DNA of 63,976 bases, filler included, from Reclinomonas americana ATCC 50394 (taxonomy: Eukaryota), in NCBI GenBank assembly GCA_048213135.1. It is 13 parts of 13 records of this genome, joined end to end, with 100 filler letters (N's around TTAATTAATTAA, not from the genome) between each part and the next. Parts side by side here need not be neighbours in the genome. Positions count along the whole stretch, not along the records: positions 48,498 to 57,364 come from AFZH01019418.1; positions 57,465 to 63,976 come from AFZH01019420.1; 11 more parts are not named here. One strand, given 5' to 3'. Below are positions 55,901-63,976 of the stretch, in pieces. Under the pieces are notes generated by a model. The model saw only the letters and a program-made list of their open reading frames with translations, ran no database searches and had not been told where the DNA came from. Position 1 is the first letter of the stretch. Each line of letters begins with the position of its first letter. Made by a program: the position numbers and the translations under genes.

Positions 55901-56749
55901 AGATCAGCGCGCCAACACGCTCCAACGATCTCTAGTCAACGCAAGCACACACGCAACTCGCATACAAGATGGCCGTGCCAACTCGCTGGAAACCCCATCC
56001 CGCTTGGAACTCCACGCACACCATGTACGAGCCCTGTGCACACACACATATGATACCATTCAGCTCATCTGCACAGTACCTGATGCAGGGTACACACAAT
56101 TACTCACCGACGCAAGGCCGCCGCCTCCAACTTGCACCGTCAGCTCCGTCGACGATCCGTTCACCGACTGGCTCACGCCCAGCGATCCACCACCACCAAC
56201 CGTGCACACTCCTGCACCCGTGGCCTCGAATCGCACACTGTTGGTCGTGCGCAACGCTGACCCCGTCACCGTCACTTGCGCCGTTGACAGGCCAGTGGGA
56301 ATCATGTCTGGAGAGAATGCAGTCGAGAAGCTGCTACTCGCCGCTGTCAACGAGAAGACCATGTGCTGTCACTTCCACAGATCACTGGCACAAGCAGGAA
56401 AGCAGGCGCACACACGCAACGAACAAACGCTGTTCCCGCCGCTTGCGCATATCCAAACGTGCTGTCGTACTGAACGCACACGCTCCATGAAGTGCCGCCG
56501 GCAAGACCACCGCCAGTCACTTGCGCCGTCAACTGCGTCAGCGCGCCATTCACACTCACAGTGCTCAGCACTGCACCACCCGCCGTCGGTGCCGTCGTAC
56601 AGTCCGAGCCGCCAGGCTCCACTCGCACCACAAACGATGTGTCCAATCCCGCGCCCACAATCACCACCTGCTGGCTCGCCGACAATGGCTGCCAGTACAC
56701 TGGTGTAAATGATGTCACCGTCGCTGTGCCAATCACAATCATTGTCAGT

Positions 56750-56794
<45 letters not shown>

Positions 56795-58800
56795 GCACAC
56801 AACACAGAGAACACGCAGTGAACGCACACACACGCAACGAGCAAGCAGCACTGCAGTGCCGACACGCGTGAACGATGCAGAGCCCACAGTCCGGCTGCAC
56901 ACCAAATACGGACCAGTCGCGAGCCCACTTGCACCGGCCGAGTACACAACCTCCGTGTGTGCCGCATTCACCGACACACTCACTCCCACAGTTCCAGAGC
57001 CCGCAGCTGCACACGCACCAGACGACCCCGGTTGGAATCGTATCTCGTCGGCCGTGTCCAGTGACGTGCCAGTCACCGTCACTCTCACCGCCGCACTCGA
57101 TGCCGCCACCACTGTCGGACCAAACGACGCTGCCGCTCCAGGAACTTGGGTGATGGTGAACGTCGACTGCATCGACAGCGCAGGTGTGCCATTGTCCGTC
57201 ACTCGAATGTCGACTGTCAGTGTGCCAGTCTGGTTGGCATTGACAATGTACACTTGATTGCCAGTGATCGACAGGAGTGCTGCTGATGCCGATGGCTGCA
57301 AGGCGTTCGTTCCCAGCCAATGAGAAAACAATGACACAAACCTCCCCCCCCCCCCCTGCTCTCANNNNNNNNNNNNNNNNNNNNNNNNNNNNNNNNNNNN
57401 NNNNNNNNTTAATTAATTAANNNNNNNNNNNNNNNNNNNNNNNNNNNNNNNNNNNNNNNNNNNNTTACGGTTACGGTACGGACGGACGGTAGGTAGGTAG
57501 GGTCGGGTACGGGGACGGGAACGGGAACGGTACGTGGTGTGACGACGAGGAGGAGGAGGAGGAGGAGGAGGGAGGGAGGAGAGAGAGAGAGAGAGAGAGA
57601 GGCAAATGAGCGAGTGCGAGATGCTGTGCATGGTAGGACTCGCTGACGAACTCGGATAGCAGCACATCTGCAGGCCGTTGAGGACGATGGGGGTTCTCGT
57701 CCACGCGCCATTGTTCCAGTCCACCACCGCGTAACTCGAGATGTTGGTGGAAAATGAAGGTGCTGCCACGACGGTGCACTCATCAGCAACAACAGTAAAA
57801 CAAATACTCTCATCCACAACGCCCACTCACAGCTCGTGTCGGATGTGAAACACACTTGACCGTCGATCGGGAACGGACCCATGGCCATGCCGTCACTGAA
57901 GAGAGGGTTCCAGCTAAACGATGACGTGAATGTGGCTGATGCACGAGGCGCAGAGAAGCGTCAGAGGAATACGGAGGCGCACAGCAGACACAAACACGGA
58001 CTAAATTGACGCACCAGAGTTGCTCGTTCCCGTCTGCCGTCGCAATGCACATCATTTCGTTGTGAGGCAACCACACTAAAAAGACGCAAAACTAACAACG
58101 AGACGCAACCCAAGCACCGCCCTCTCCTGGGTCATTCTGTGCCACGTATGGCGAGCCCACAGAGAGGAGACTGTACGGCGTCGTAGCGGTCATCTGTGCG
58201 TTGAGGAACCTCGTAGAGACGCTACCAGGACCGTCACGATTCAGCTCGTACACCCAATGCAGCTTGTCGGTGTTATCGACAAGGAAGTACGCGACCTGTG
58301 TGACACAGTAAGCAAGAGCAACAGAGGAGAGATGCAGAGGAAGCAAACGCAACAAAGCCATCTTGAACTTCAAAGCCCGAATGCCACGACGCGTTGGAGT
58401 AGTTGAGGTAGCTCACAATGTCGTTGGTGATGCACACGGGTTGGATAGTCACAGGCGCCGCCAGTCCAGGATACGTGTACGAGCACGAGAGCAGGCTCAA
58501 TGAACTGCACCGCAAATGATTATTGGAAGTGGTGAATGAAGTGTTTTGTGTGTGTATCAGCACGCGCGAGAGTCGCGAGGTCAAGAAAAATGCATGATTC
58601 GCAGCCACAGATGAGAGAGTGAAAGAGTGATTGCGTGAACGAGAGAGAGAGAGCGAGAGAGAGAGAGAGAGAGACAGAGTGAGTGTGTGTGAGCACAAAC
58701 CACGCTGATATGCCAGGCACACAACAATGCAGCAGCACAGCCGCCAACAGCAACACAGTCGACGTCACATGCGCTCTTGTTGGCAGACAGTGCGTAGGGT
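46941..58800 (-). CDS. Giant single-pass surface receptor, paralog B: same architecture with an expanded repeat array; start codon not resolved, two gaps inside
   Basis: Signal-like TVLLLAAVLLHCCVPGISA (~58700-58765), cadherin-like motif (~57165-57220), alternating repeat exons at 49865-54656, TM HAYVPVLAAIGVLGGGFGLLCCCFCCPCCAGCRRRRKK (~48205-48320), stop at 46941. Confidence 0.7.
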
Positions 58801-59554
58801 CCCGCCACACGCGACGCACTGATCCTCGCAAGCGACGCTGCTGCTGTGCGGACGTCGCCGCCCTTCTTGGCAGTGGCGCATGTTCGAATTGCAAGGAGGA
58901 AGATTCTTTCCTGTTGCGTGTGTGCGCGCGACTCTGGTCGTGATGGAGAGACATCTCACACAGCGTGGGTGCGTGTGCGAGAGAGCGAGAGAGAAAATCG
59001 AGAAAGGTGTTGTGCGCTCCGCTCTCTCTGCAAGACTGACTTTTTGACTGTCTAAAACTCAGTGTCGGAGTTGTTGATTGCCGAAAATGCGTTGTACAGA
59101 TCTGAGACTGGGGTTGCGGCGGTCTCTGTGCTCTTCCTCTCAAGTGCGGTTGACAACGGAGGACGATGCGCGTTACTGTATGCAGAGTTTTCGACGATGG
59201 TAAGCAGACGATATCGACCAGTTTCATGGTCGACGTCGGAATTCGAATTTGCGGCCGCGGAGCGGGAAGAGACTGCTGTGTCGAGTGATGTGTCTCGAGT
59301 GCCACCTTCAGCCTGTGTTAGCCAAGGTCGTCAGCGTGAGATTCGCGTGTTGTTTGAGCTGGCGGGCCTCGATATCGCGATCGCGCGCACGAAAAACCAA
59401 CGCGACGTCGCGATTCGAAAATCTCTCCGAGATGCTTGCAGAAGAGGTGATCATCTCAGTACCCACCATCGCTTCCAAACGCGTGCGCTGCAATCTACAG
59501 TGGTGGCACGTTGCATTTTCACTCAGGACGTCGCCGTCCCACGCGCACTTGCGA

Positions 59555-63915
<4,361 letters not shown>

Positions 63916-63934
63916 GTATGTCCATGGGCAGAGA

Positions 63935-63976
<42 letters not shown>

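Noticed and set aside
39800..57300. Numerous plus-strand Thr/His/Pro-rich ORFs
   Set aside because: They are antisense shadows of the minus-strand receptor exons.
58960..59550. ORFs of 176-315 aa overlapping the region upstream of NVL
   Set aside because: No recognisable domain; probably a GC-rich divergent promoter/UTR. A small gene cannot be excluded.

Overview
Intron-rich, GC-rich eukaryotic DNA, probably from a unicellular protist; the taxon cannot be determined from sequence alone. It is a draft scaffold with twelve 100-bp gaps (N44-TTAATTAATTAA-N44) and abundant CT/GA/CA microsatellites. Exons were reconstructed by hand from GT-AG boundaries, intron phase and protein motifs. Housekeeping genes: a sterol-desaturase/fatty-acid-hydroxylase-like 5' exon, SDHA, FAH, a CDK7/CDKD-like kinase, a chromodomain protein and the AAA+ ATPase NVL/Rix7. 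Between them lie lineage-specific, immune- or recognition-like genes that the ORF track largely misses because they are split into exons: (1) an intact ~1172-aa NLR-like protein with a DZIP3-type HEPN domain (RNKIVH), a STAND/NB-ARC-like NTPase and TPRs, whose 5' end is tandemly repeated four times; (2) an ankyrin-coiled-coil-HEPN-kinase locus reminiscent of RNase L; (3) a secreted IPT/TIG-like repeat protein ending in H-type-lectin-like domains; (4) two tandem giant single-pass receptors (cadherin-like plus TIG-like repeats) with near-identical ectodomains but divergent cytoplasmic tails. An atypical GTTGCGT/GTTGAGT 5' splice-site class also recurs across many genes. All domain calls come from motif recognition by eye, not from database searches.
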